From a virus: a stretch of 64,000 bases of DNA. The position numbers and the translations under genes are program-made. The notes under the pieces are model-generated. The model worked only from the letters and a program-made list of their open reading frames with translations. It made no database searches and had not been told where the DNA came from. This document shows, one piece after another, positions 1 through 10,358 of the stretch. The DNA is taken from IMG/VR virus record IMGVR_UViG_3300005805_000044, one strand, 5' to 3'. Within the stretch, counting starts at the first letter, position 1. Every line of letters begins with the position of its first letter.

Positions 1-250
1 TCATACCTTTAACATCGAATGCTTTGGCACTACCACGATCCATTACAAACTGACCATTCACCAAACGAATACTTGCGTTTACGCCGTCAATCTTTACACT
101 ACCAGATCCCTTTTCTAAAGATTTTATTGTCTTGTTAAACACATCAACAAGTTGTTTACCATTAGAAGCAAAATCAAATGGATGATCCATATGACCACCA
201 GCACCACCTTCATTGATCACTTCAAACAAAATTCTACTAAGTTTAATCAT
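1..250 (-). CDS. Conserved large-phage protein, 5' part only (runs off window)
   Basis: ATG at 250; translates MIKLSRILFEVINEGGAGGHMDHPFDF...SVKIDG; EGGxxGHMxHPFD motif recalled from large myophage proteins; not in the ORF track because it is truncated. Confidence 0.75.
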   Translation of the reverse strand, partial: MIKLSRILFEVINEGGAGGHMDHPFDFASNGKQLVDVFNKTIKSLEKGSGSVKIDGVNASIRLVNGQFVMDRGSAKAFDVKGM

Positions 251-251
251 A

Positions 252-1007
252 TTATTTAATAAATGTTTTTTCAAATATAGGAATTGCTTTTTTGTAAGAA
301 CTTTTAGTTTCATCCAGACTATTATTAGTAAATTGCCAATTCCAAAATAATTGGTCTGGTGTCTTAAATCCATAAAATTCTAATACACTTTTTTGTGTAG
401 TGGTCACATCGGATCCATTCCAATTTTGTCCAACTGCAATAAATCCTGCATCAATATCTTTGACGATATTACTTTCTCCTAGTGTTGAATGTCTGTTCTC
501 AATCCAAGTCAATCGTTCAATTAATTTCTGATAGTAACTATTTGCTTGGCCCCATCTTATACTTGCAAAAAATAATACACAATCACTTTCAAATAGTTCT
601 TTACTTATTTTCCATAATTCATCATTTTTGTTATTTATACTAGCCCAACAACGATGTTGACCTGTAGGATTTTTTTCTTTATCTTTTAATGATGAATCTT
701 TGGTGCCACAATGATTTCCCCATTTAGACGATACGTTACCCTCACACGGAAATATGTTTAACTTGGTTACATCAATTAACGTTACTTTATCTTTACCAAG
801 TAATTCTTGTATCTTAATTGCTAATTGAGTGCTTTTTGGAACATCGTCTTTATGACCACTCCATCTATTACTAGTAGTCAACAATAAAACTTTTTTCTTA
901 TCACGTAAATAATCAATTGTCTTTTTGTATTTACGTGCATACAAATCCATATCCTGTTCACTCACAGGCAATTTAGCTTCTAATAAAAGGTCTGAAAGAC
1001 TAATCAT
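252..1007 (-). CDS. Flavodoxin-like / NADPH-dependent FMN reductase family protein
   Basis: LLLTTSNR, LNIFPCEG..C..CWAS, ESDCVLFFASIRWG..KLIERL motifs of the FMN_red/iron-sulfur flavoprotein fold; start moved to 1007 (MISLSDLLLE), 4 nt downstream of TATTTATA. Confidence 0.75.
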   Translation of the reverse strand: MISLSDLLLEAKLPVSEQDMDLYARKYKKTIDYLRDKKKVLLLTTSNRWSGHKDDVPKSTQLAIKIQELLGKDKVTLIDVTKLNIFPCEGNVSSKWGNHCGTKDSSLKDKEKNPTGQHRCWASINNKNDELWKISKELFESDCVLFFASIRWGQANSYYQKLIERLTWIENRHSTLGESNIVKDIDAGFIAVGQNWNGSDVTTTQKSVLEFYGFKTPDQLFWNWQFTNNSLDETKSSYKKAIPIFEKTFIK

Positions 1008-1031
1008 CACATATAAATATCTATACAAATG

Positions 1032-1063
1032 AAAAAACCCCGCCTTTTTACGGGCGGGGTTTT
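1032..1063 (-). terminator. Intrinsic terminator after tail sheath gene
   Basis: AAAACCCCGCC/GGCGGGGTTTT inverted repeat with T-runs on both strands. Confidence 0.85.
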
Positions 1064-1081
1064 GATTTATTCTATTTCAGA

Positions 1082-4000
1082 TTATTCACTGAAACTTGCA
1101 CCAGTTGGTAGAATGTTGAAGTCAAGCAAGATGAATTCAGCAGTTCTAGTTGGTTGAATGTAGATTTGACCATATAGGATATTTCTATCAATTAGGTCAG
1201 GTGTATTGTTTTCAGCATCCATCTTAACTTGGTAAGCATAGATACCATTACGTTGTTGAACACTCTCCAAGTATGGATTGACGATACTCAAGAAACGGTT
1301 ACGAGTTGAAGCAACATTTTGTTCAAACACCAAGTAGTTGCTTGAACTTGCGATAAACTTCTTCAAGTTGATCAACAAACGACGAACATTGATACGATCC
1401 AAGGCACTTGGAGCAATTTGTAGAGTCTTTTGACCCCAAACTACGATACCTTGACCTGGGAATGCTGCGATTGGGTTCACACGATTCTCATATAGAGTGT
1501 CACGTTCAGCATGTGTCAATCTGTCTAGGACTTGAACAGCTTGTGGGATACCACCACGATTTAGACCGGCTGGAGCATACCATTCTGCAGCAGCATTGTC
1601 GTTAGCAGCATAAACTGCTGGCAACACTACTGAAGGAGGAACACTGATAATCTTATTCAAGTTTGTATCCAAAATCTTGACCCATGGATAGTAAGTTCCA
1701 ACATAGTTACTATCAATTGTAGCAACAGTATTAATTGCTGCATCAATCAATCCTACGCTTTGATTACTTGCTGGGAAGACCACGTTGTCCATAATGTAGA
1801 AACAATCACCACGAGCTTCACACATTGTGATTGTAATTTCTGTTACATAACTGTGTTGTTCACGGAAAATACCAGGCAACACAATCAAGTTGATATCAAA
1901 CTCATCAGCATTGCCTAGAGCAGCAATACATTGTTTGTAAGCAATACTACCTGGACTCTTGATAGTAGCACAATCCAAACCTTGAGTATTACCAGCAGTG
2001 ATGTCAGATCCAACATTAATTGGAATTGCTGGCCATTGTCCATCAAATCCACCTTGGAATCCTACAACAAATTTACGTAGTTTTACATAAATTGGTTCGT
2101 TGACTGGATCGTATACACTTGGAATACTACCACTCAAACTTGGAGCCAAGATCGAACCAGTGCTTTCTGATACGCCTTGAGCATAGTATGAACTATCTGT
2201 AGTTCCATACACTTTTGCTTCAAGATCGAAATCGATATTATCACCGTTTGAATCAGCACTACCAAAATATGGAAGTGGTTTGAAGTATTGTTTAGTATTA
2301 TTTTCAACACCAACTGCGAACGAAGATGTTGGATATAGATAAGCTAGTTCTTCACTTGCTTCTGGAACTTCACCAAACACCGTTCCAGATGGATACTTAC
2401 CTGGGGCAAGACCATAAATACTTGCCTTACTATAACGAACTGCTGGCAACAAGTTGCTCAAAGTTCCGTCAACAGGGGCGGAGTATGCTTGGAATCCATA
2501 TGGAATTACAACCTCAGGGTAAGCAACATCAGTCATTTCAATTCTGATATACTTACTCAAGTTGACATATGTTCCATATTCAACAATCTTACCGGCGAAT
2601 GTAATGTAAGCATAACGATCACCAATACGACGTGCAACGAAGTTAGGACTATCTGGATCAAGATTCAAGTTTTGGAAAATTTCCAAATACTTTGGACGTT
2701 TATCGGTGTCACTGTAAGCACGAACTGCGAGGGTGAATGAACCCCAAGCACTACCTGGAACAGTGCCAGCCAATTTAACGTTGTTAATTTCAATCTTATA
2801 CTTCTTGTTGCTCAATGTGCCATCACTTAAAGTGTGAACCTTGAACAATTGGAATTTAGTTGGAGTAGCAGCTTCATCAGCACTACCCTTGAATGGAGCA
2901 ATTTGTTGACTATAGATCCATGGTGTTTTTGCATTTGTAATAGCAAATTGTGAATCACCAGTATTTGGATCTAGTGAATATTGATCCAAAAACTTCATTG
3001 ATTCACCAACACTGAATGAAGCGGATGGAGCTGTAGTTACACGTAGTCTCCAACCACCACCCTCAGCATTTGGACGGGTCTTTTGAGCAACAACTTGTTT
3101 TATTGTATCTTCAAAGAGAACATAATTGTATGCTGCTTCAACTTTTTGACCTTGAACTTGTTTTGCTGGATTACCAACAGTTGGGTCAATACCGAACACA
3201 TCCTTGATGTAGTTATTATCATCTTCATTCAAACTGAAGTCATAATAACCATATGTTCCAGCAAATACATTACTATCAGCATCTGTGAAACTATAGTTCA
3301 AGATCAACTGATAGATGTTTTCGTTAGGATTGATATTACCTTCATATGGATATACTGAACTTGTCAATTGACTGACAGTTGAGGTATCAAATCCATATAC
3401 TTCATAATCACTACTGAATTGAGTAGAAGCATTTTGAGTATTTGCCAAAACAGCCATTACCACTGACTTACGACCAGTAGTAGATGGATTACATGGATCT
3501 GAACCACCTGCACCGTCAGCTTCGAAATTACCAGTGAATGCGCCATAAGATCCAGAGATTAGACCCAAGAATCTCAAAGCAGCACCACAAGTAGCAGCAC
3601 TACGAACTGTGGCAAAACTTGCGCTTTGAACATACAATGTGCTGGTAGCATCAAATGTGGCTTGATCGTAAGCAAGACTAATGTTACTCAAAGTTGAACT
3701 AATGTTCAAAATACTTGAAGTCAATTTGAAATCAGTCTCTGTGCTTTCTTGAATTGCTTGTGCAATTTGATCATTAGGAGTTGCATCAGAACCTTGAATA
3801 CTAGAAGTCAACTTAAAGTAACCAACTGCACCTGATGGTAGAGATTCACCGGTAAAATATCTGGCAAGATATCCAGATTCTACAGTTCCAAGAGTAACTT
3901 GTTTACCTGCATATAATTTACTACCACTCAATTGACCGGTTCCGTCATAATCTGATGGATAATCACTAGTCAAAGCAGCACTACCAAATCTTGCATTGAT

Positions 4001-5053
4001 ACTACCACTAAATTTTAGACGTGAGTTATCATATGATACAACAGAATCAAATCCGTTTTCATTAGATTCGTCTGGATCATATGCACTTACAGTGACGTTG
4101 GTTCCAGCTGGAATTGCTGTTGCAAGAACAACAAATGGCCATTTGACTTGTGCTCCACTCTTGATGATAGAAGCAGTCAAATAAGATGCGGAAGCATTTG
4201 ATGAGAATGTTTTTGAAGTTCCATCCCAAGTTCCGTGAATATTTTCATCAATTGCTCTTGTTGTCAAACCTGCACTGCTTGTGACATACAAACTACCTGA
4301 TGGAATCCATTGTGTTACATCAAACCAAGCAAGAGTATAATCTATACTACTATTAGTTGGTTGAACTGGATAACCACCAGCAACAGCTGATGCACTGAAT
4401 GCTGTGTAAGCATTTGTAGAAGTAATTGTTACAAGCTTTCTGGCACCCAATAGTGATGCCAAAGATGCTGACAAATCACTAATGTATGTTAAATTTTGAT
4501 TGCTACTCAAGAAACTTGTAATTTCAGCTGCGGTAGTTAATGTTCCAGTTACTTGCAAACCACCATCTGGTGTTGCTTGATATGTAGAAGAACCACTAAG
4601 TAGATAACCAGAAGCGGTATGTTCGTATTGAATATTAGCAGTATAATCTCCGCTGTCCAAATACATGAATGATGCGGTGGTTAATGCTCCAATATCATCA
4701 GTTCTGGTCCATTGACCAGGCTCAGCATATACAATCAATGGATTCTTTTGCCAATAACCAGTCAATCCACCTACGCGGACGACTGTCACAATACCTTGCT
4801 GTATAAGATATTCTTTGGCTGTATATGGTCCGTAGTAAACACCGTCGGCGAGACCGAAACGTTGTTCTAGTGTTGCTACGTCTGTGATAATATTTGGGAA
4901 AAACGCAGGTCCGTCAGCAAACGGAGCCACGATTGCACCACCTATGTTGGCTACGCCTTGGGCTAGCCCCGATAAGTCATTTTCTCTGGTGAATACACCA
5001 GGACTTACTATTTGTTGTGTTGGACTCCATCGTCCACCTTCTTGAATTGGCAT
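1082..5053 (-). CDS. Contractile tail sheath protein (gp18-like) with large internal insertion
   Basis: N-terminal SPGVFTRENDLS; C-terminal WYAPAGLNRG, LYENRVNPI, VWGQKTLQ, DRINVRRLL, PTRTAEFILLDF sheath motifs. Confidence 0.97.
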   Translation of the reverse strand: MPIQEGGRWSPTQQIVSPGVFTRENDLSGLAQGVANIGGAIVAPFADGPAFFPNIITDVATLEQRFGLADGVYYGPYTAKEYLIQQGIVTVVRVGGLTGYWQKNPLIVYAEPGQWTRTDDIGALTTASFMYLDSGDYTANIQYEHTASGYLLSGSSTYQATPDGGLQVTGTLTTAAEITSFLSSNQNLTYISDLSASLASLLGARKLVTITSTNAYTAFSASAVAGGYPVQPTNSSIDYTLAWFDVTQWIPSGSLYVTSSAGLTTRAIDENIHGTWDGTSKTFSSNASASYLTASIIKSGAQVKWPFVVLATAIPAGTNVTVSAYDPDESNENGFDSVVSYDNSRLKFSGSINARFGSAALTSDYPSDYDGTGQLSGSKLYAGKQVTLGTVESGYLARYFTGESLPSGAVGYFKLTSSIQGSDATPNDQIAQAIQESTETDFKLTSSILNISSTLSNISLAYDQATFDATSTLYVQSASFATVRSAATCGAALRFLGLISGSYGAFTGNFEADGAGGSDPCNPSTTGRKSVVMAVLANTQNASTQFSSDYEVYGFDTSTVSQLTSSVYPYEGNINPNENIYQLILNYSFTDADSNVFAGTYGYYDFSLNEDDNNYIKDVFGIDPTVGNPAKQVQGQKVEAAYNYVLFEDTIKQVVAQKTRPNAEGGGWRLRVTTAPSASFSVGESMKFLDQYSLDPNTGDSQFAITNAKTPWIYSQQIAPFKGSADEAATPTKFQLFKVHTLSDGTLSNKKYKIEINNVKLAGTVPGSAWGSFTLAVRAYSDTDKRPKYLEIFQNLNLDPDSPNFVARRIGDRYAYITFAGKIVEYGTYVNLSKYIRIEMTDVAYPEVVIPYGFQAYSAPVDGTLSNLLPAVRYSKASIYGLAPGKYPSGTVFGEVPEASEELAYLYPTSSFAVGVENNTKQYFKPLPYFGSADSNGDNIDFDLEAKVYGTTDSSYYAQGVSESTGSILAPSLSGSIPSVYDPVNEPIYVKLRKFVVGFQGGFDGQWPAIPINVGSDITAGNTQGLDCATIKSPGSIAYKQCIAALGNADEFDINLIVLPGIFREQHSYVTEITITMCEARGDCFYIMDNVVFPASNQSVGLIDAAINTVATIDSNYVGTYYPWVKILDTNLNKIISVPPSVVLPAVYAANDNAAAEWYAPAGLNRGGIPQAVQVLDRLTHAERDTLYENRVNPIAAFPGQGIVVWGQKTLQIAPSALDRINVRRLLINLKKFIASSSNYLVFEQNVASTRNRFLSIVNPYLESVQQRNGIYAYQVKMDAENNTPDLIDRNILYGQIYIQPTRTAEFILLDFNILPTGASFSE

Positions 5054-5168
5054 AATTTATGTTCCTTTCAGAGTGTCAACTTAACTTTTCCAAAAGTTAT
5101 GTTTACTTTATAAATATTACCAAAAAAGTGGAACACCTAACTATTTATAATATCTTAATTTTTTTTTA

Positions 5169-8100
5169 TTAAAAATCGATTTTGCTATACCCATTTTCTT
5201 TTTTAATCTCCAGATGCATATCTACCATGTCTCTCATTTGATCTAAATGACTAATAATCCATATAAATTCAAATTGGTGTTTCAAATAAGTAAACAAAGC
5301 GCCCATCTGTCCCAAATGATCACTGTCAGCACAACCGAACCCTTCATCAATACAAATAATATTGGGTCTTGGTAGATTACTAATATTGATCAATGCCACT
5401 CGTATAGCTAATCCACTAATAAACTTTTCCATACCACTTGCCATTTCCAAAGGCCAACGTTTATCATCATAAATAATGTTAGTCATGATATTTTTACCGT
5501 CTGTATTGAGAGATATGGTAAATTCTACAATTTGATGAAGAATATTATTAACTTCTTTCTCAATTTCAGGCAAAGTCTTGGTAATCACATCATAAGGAAT
5601 ACCATCACGACTAATAACCGCAGTATATAACTTATATGATTCGTAACTTTCTTCAAGTTCTTTAACTTTATTTAATTGATCGGTAGTGTTCTTATACTGA
5701 AGTGCCAACTTACCTTTTTCAGTAGAAGCATTCATCAAGTTATAATTAATAGACTTAATCACACCTTCTACAGATTTGAGATTGGTCTTGACTTCTTCAA
5801 TTTGTTCCAACAACTTTGAATTGTTTTCAATAATATCTTTATTTTTATAGAAAGACTCAATATCTTTAATAATTTGTTTGTATTCAGACTTTAGTGTGAC
5901 CAAATACTTTTCATCTCTAAGCATTGCGGTTGTAATAACTTCACGTTTCTTTTCCAAGACAACTTTTTGATTATTGGTAGTCTTACATTCTTGATATTCA
6001 GCTTCTATATCACCATATGAATCAACTTGTTGTTTGATATTATTATACTCACCAACAATCTTGGAAGCATTTAATTTCTCAACTTCCAAATCTTTCTTTG
6101 TAGCAATAGCATCTTTTACGAACACGTTGTTGACACAAAAATCACAGTTTGGATCATACTTGTGTTCTTCAAGTTTCTTTAACTTTTCGACCTTGTTCTT
6201 GATAACCAATTTAAGCTTATCAATTTCAGACTCTTTGGAATCTTGAAGTTTCTTGGCCTTCTTATACTCTTCATACTTTGAATCAATATCCTCACATGCC
6301 TTCAAAGAAGAACTCAACTGTTGAAGAGAACTTTCAACATCGGTTAGTTTATTTTTATATTCAACAATACCATTTTCAAAAGTCTGGATCTTATTATCAT
6401 ATTCAATCTTCTTGGATTCCAAAGATTCAATATCATCCGATTTGATATCATCCAATCTAACAATATTCTTACTCAACTGAAGAAGATTATTGTTATGTTG
6501 TTCTTTAATCTGTTCTTGTTCACTTAAATCTTGATTAAACTGCTCAATATTTTTAATGTTTAAATCAATACTACCAGATATAGTTTGGAGTTCATTTTCC
6601 AATGTATCCTTACTAACATTCTTTAATAGAGTGTTTGTCTCTTTGAAGTTTTCGTTGGCAATATTGAACAACTGATCAAAAACATTCAGACCCATAAACT
6701 GACACAACAAGTCCTTACGTTCAGTCTGACCCAAATCGATGAAAGATCCAGCCTTACTGTTTTGAACACTCAATACAGTCAAAATAAAATCATCATATGT
6801 TCCCACATAATCTCTGATAATGTCGTTGGTGCTTCTACGAGCTTCACCATTTAGTGGCACTTCGTTGCCGTCCTTGTCAATCTTGTAGAATTTAACATCG
6901 ACCTTGACGCTGCCTTTCTTATCAGCTTTACCTTCACGTTCAATATAATAATCAACGCCGCTCACCTCAAAATTGAACTTACATTTGAAGCTCATTTTTT
7001 GTGTATTGAGAACATGACTTGCCTTATATCCTTTACTAAATTTATCAAATACACAAAACGCCAAAGCATCCATGATACTAGACTTACCACTTGCATTTGG
7101 AGCAAACAAACCAATAGTTCCCTTTAGTTTGGTAAAATCGATGTAATTACCTTCACCGTAACTAAACATATTATCAAATTCAAAGATCTTTGGTTTCCAT
7201 CGAATATTCTTTGGAGTTTTATCTCTCGGAATTTGTGTATTGATTGTTTTGTTAAGTTCTTTAACTTTCTCAATCAATGATGGTTGAACTTTCTTTGACT
7301 TGAGACTATCCTCAATCAATTTGTTTTGATAATCTACATTAAAAATGTTATGAATATCAAGAACGTGAGTAGACTTGTTTGTATTATAATCAAACTCATC
7401 AATTCTAATAAATGTAGACTCAAGAATCTCACATTTGTCTTTGATATCATTCATCACTTCTTTTACTTGAGAAGGAATAGACTCAAAACACTTGGTTCTG
7501 ATACGTGCCTTCTTGGGCAAATCAGAAAGATCAGTAGTCAACTGACCCTTATTGATTTCAACAGTATAAAATCCATAATCATTTGGAAGTTCATAGTGTT
7601 TATACAACTTACGTTTCAAATCCCACAACAAAAATCCATGACCCCTGAGTTCCTCACCATGATTTTGTTGAATCATTGAACCAGCATACACAATAACAGG
7701 CTTGGAAGTATCTTCATCATACTCTTGAAGAATTTGATGTTTATGAATATCTCCCAACATAACCATATGATGACCGTCAAATAAGTCATTCATGATAGTT
7801 CTGTTACTGACCGTATAACCAACGTCGGTTACAGCATCATTAACTGGACCGTGGAATAGTGCGATGTGATGATCAGTTTCCACCTTATACCTTGAAGGAA
7901 TGGTGTAATAGTTGATATACTTATCTGGTTCATCAAACACGCTGAAATGATTGAACAAAATATTTTCATATCTAAACGTATCACTTGGTTTTAAATAAAA
8001 TAGATTGGTATGTTGAAGCGCATCAACAATAGGAGTCAAACAATCCAATCGTGACTTATTTGCAAGTGTAGCATCATGGTTACCCGCAATCAGTATTGTG

Positions 8101-8357
8101 GGAACACGGTCTGCGCAATTCTTGAGAAAGTCACTACCAATCTTGACACACTCTGGACTCAAATCGGATTTGTTGTGAAATACGTCGCCAGTAATCACAC
8201 AAATCAAATTGGTGTTTTTCTTCAACTTGTCCAATACAGTGTAAAATCTCTCAAACACTGAGAGATATTCGTCGTGACGTTTTGTGAGCCTAATATGAAT
8301 ATCAGACACTTGAACAACATTGTCAATTTTACCGCCTGTATTTTTTAATACTATCAT
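5169..8357 (-). CDS. Mre11/SbcD nuclease-Rad50/SbcC ATPase fusion (T4 gp47+gp46-like)
   Basis: DIH, GD, GNHD, GDIH phosphoesterase motifs; Walker A APNASGKSS; coiled coil with CDFC zinc hook; ASGMEK signature; IDEGFG Walker B. Confidence 0.93.
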   Translation of the reverse strand: MIVLKNTGGKIDNVVQVSDIHIRLTKRHDEYLSVFERFYTVLDKLKKNTNLICVITGDVFHNKSDLSPECVKIGSDFLKNCADRVPTILIAGNHDATLANKSRLDCLTPIVDALQHTNLFYLKPSDTFRYENILFNHFSVFDEPDKYINYYTIPSRYKVETDHHIALFHGPVNDAVTDVGYTVSNRTIMNDLFDGHHMVMLGDIHKHQILQEYDEDTSKPVIVYAGSMIQQNHGEELRGHGFLLWDLKRKLYKHYELPNDYGFYTVEINKGQLTTDLSDLPKKARIRTKCFESIPSQVKEVMNDIKDKCEILESTFIRIDEFDYNTNKSTHVLDIHNIFNVDYQNKLIEDSLKSKKVQPSLIEKVKELNKTINTQIPRDKTPKNIRWKPKIFEFDNMFSYGEGNYIDFTKLKGTIGLFAPNASGKSSIMDALAFCVFDKFSKGYKASHVLNTQKMSFKCKFNFEVSGVDYYIEREGKADKKGSVKVDVKFYKIDKDGNEVPLNGEARRSTNDIIRDYVGTYDDFILTVLSVQNSKAGSFIDLGQTERKDLLCQFMGLNVFDQLFNIANENFKETNTLLKNVSKDTLENELQTISGSIDLNIKNIEQFNQDLSEQEQIKEQHNNNLLQLSKNIVRLDDIKSDDIESLESKKIEYDNKIQTFENGIVEYKNKLTDVESSLQQLSSSLKACEDIDSKYEEYKKAKKLQDSKESEIDKLKLVIKNKVEKLKKLEEHKYDPNCDFCVNNVFVKDAIATKKDLEVEKLNASKIVGEYNNIKQQVDSYGDIEAEYQECKTTNNQKVVLEKKREVITTAMLRDEKYLVTLKSEYKQIIKDIESFYKNKDIIENNSKLLEQIEEVKTNLKSVEGVIKSINYNLMNASTEKGKLALQYKNTTDQLNKVKELEESYESYKLYTAVISRDGIPYDVITKTLPEIEKEVNNILHQIVEFTISLNTDGKNIMTNIIYDDKRWPLEMASGMEKFISGLAIRVALINISNLPRPNIICIDEGFGCADSDHLGQMGALFTYLKHQFEFIWIISHLDQMRDMVDMHLEIKKENGYSKIDF

Positions 8358-9268
8358 ATTTTATTTTTAATTTTCAATTTGAATAAATCTCCGTCTGTTA
8401 TCTTACCACTGGCATCTATGGCTTTCCAAGTATTTATATGTCCGAGTTCATTTGGATCTTTGCCATTCAACATAACAAGATGTGCATCAATACCATTATG
8501 AATGAGAAATTCACAGATATCCAAACTACTCTTCAAAGCATCATTATCCAACAAAACATTCACTCTAGGTGGTTTCTGGTGAATCAATTTTATCTTTAAC
8601 TTGTCTGATAAAGTTTTTCCAAACAGTGGAATAACATTATATTTTACAGAAAAAGCGTCAAATACACCCTCAACCAAAGTCACTGGTTTGCTGAAATCTG
8701 TAAACAATTCAAAACCAATAATATCTTTAGTAGAGTCACACAATCTATATTTCATTTTACTATCATATACATCTCTACCACAGTAAAAGTTCAATTCTCC
8801 GGTAGCAGAATACGATGGAATCACTACTCTATTTTTAAAAGTTCCATCAGTGCAATATCCAATATTATAACGAACAATATCATACACTGTTAGACCCCGT
8901 TTAAAACAATAACTTAATGCGTGTTTATGAAATACTTCTGTAGATGCTTTGTATAAAGGTTTAAATTCAGAAGGTAACAACAACTTCTTATTATCTGTTT
9001 TGTTCTTGGTTTTTGGAGCCTTGATCTTACATAGAATTTGATAATATTCTGATGGTGCCTTTATTTTATTTAGAAGACTCTTGAATCCTTTACCACCAAA
9101 ATTACAAACCCAACAATGATAATATCCAGTTGTGGTATTTACGTTTAGTTTTCTTTTATAATGATTACAGTTAGGACAGAAAAACATCAACTCCGTTCCA
9201 CCTTTTTGAATGGACGGTTTGTGTTTGAATAATCTGGTAAGTGTATCAATTATAGAAATTTCTACCAT
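8354..9268 (-). CDS. DNA primase (DnaG/gp61-like)
   Basis: CPNCNH...CWVC zinc domain; RVVIP; TOPRIM EGVFD and DND; KDPNE. Confidence 0.93.
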   Translation of the reverse strand: MVEISIIDTLTRLFKHKPSIQKGGTELMFFCPNCNHYKRKLNVNTTTGYYHCWVCNFGGKGFKSLLNKIKAPSEYYQILCKIKAPKTKNKTDNKKLLLPSEFKPLYKASTEVFHKHALSYCFKRGLTVYDIVRYNIGYCTDGTFKNRVVIPSYSATGELNFYCGRDVYDSKMKYRLCDSTKDIIGFELFTDFSKPVTLVEGVFDAFSVKYNVIPLFGKTLSDKLKIKLIHQKPPRVNVLLDNDALKSSLDICEFLIHNGIDAHLVMLNGKDPNELGHINTWKAIDASGKITDGDLFKLKIKNKI

Positions 9269-9312
9269 AAGTCTTAGTTTATATTACACGACAATCTGGT
9301 AGAATCAACTTT

Positions 9313-9825
9313 TTATTTTTCCGTATACATCGCACATACGATTCCATCATACATGTCACTGTTTCGTTCGTCCCAATTACCTTTTTTATTTTTTATGGTG
9401 AACTTGGTAACGTTCGGCATCATTTTTTCCAATTCGGCTTTTACAAAATCTTTTGGTTTAATGCCCTTAACTCTACATTTTCCAAATAAATGTTTACGCA
9501 TTGTGGTGACACTTAATAAGTTAACTTTCTTTTTGAAGTGTTCTTCCAAAATATAAGCAAATACAGCGTTATGTCTTGCTAATGTTATAATAACTTGTTG
9601 TGATGTAAATCCACCAGCAAATCCACTCAATGCAGCTTCAAGATTGATGTAATCAATTTTTTTGATGAGAGGAATTTTTTCTAATTCAGATATAACACGA
9701 AATGTCTTTTCTTTTGTAGTCTCTAATTTTTTAGTGTCAATGAAACCAGCATGTTCGATTTTTCCATCGACATTAAACGCCCATCCAGTAACTGATGTAG
9801 AAGAGTCTAAACCCAATATAACCAT
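9313..9825 (-). CDS. RuvC-like Holliday junction resolvase
   Basis: ILGLDSSTSVTGW, central E, C-terminal DxxD (DMYDG) of the RNase H/RuvC fold. Confidence 0.8.
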   Translation of the reverse strand: MVILGLDSSTSVTGWAFNVDGKIEHAGFIDTKKLETTKEKTFRVISELEKIPLIKKIDYINLEAALSGFAGGFTSQQVIITLARHNAVFAYILEEHFKKKVNLLSVTTMRKHLFGKCRVKGIKPKDFVKAELEKMMPNVTKFTIKNKKGNWDERNSDMYDGIVCAMYTEK

Positions 9826-9839
9826 TAATAATAGATATA

Positions 9840-10325
9840 TTAACGAGTAAAAGAACCATTAATATATTTGTTGGAATTAAATCCTTTTAAATATAAAGAT
9901 AGTTGTCTTGATTGATTGCCAATAGCATCTTTGAATTGGGTAGAACCAACTGTTGTTTTCAATCTAAAACCGGGATCCACCGTATATAATGCATCTTTTA
10001 CAGACGATTGTCCATTCCAATTAGTAGAAATTTTATTCACACCATCAGTTTTAACGCCGCCGTTAATAGTGTCACTATAATTTAATGACTTCTGATTGAA
10101 ATTTTCTGTGCCAGGAGTTACACCCAAAACAAATCCCTTAGATACAGTATATGATGTATCATATGTGCTTCCACCTAACGACAACTCATTGGCTCCAGTA
10201 GTCTTGACGTTCTTTTGAACTGGTTGATATGCACCACCAGCAGGTTGACCAGCTTTATATCTATCGGCTAAACTGGTTTTACTTGATTCACGATCAATTA
10301 TTTTTGCATCGGTTGAAGTTGCCAT
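9840..10325 (-). CDS. Hypothetical protein (possible virion protein, weak internal repeat)
   Basis: 161-aa ORF; two YTVxxGF..(P/V)G.. segments; late-type motif upstream. Confidence 0.7.
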   Translation of the reverse strand: MATSTDAKIIDRESSKTSLADRYKAGQPAGGAYQPVQKNVKTTGANELSLGGSTYDTSYTVSKGFVLGVTPGTENFNQKSLNYSDTINGGVKTDGVNKISTNWNGQSSVKDALYTVDPGFRLKTTVGSTQFKDAIGNQSRQLSLYLKGFNSNKYINGSFTR

Positions 10326-10358
10326 ATATTTTTTGTGTTATCTTTATAATAAATAGGT

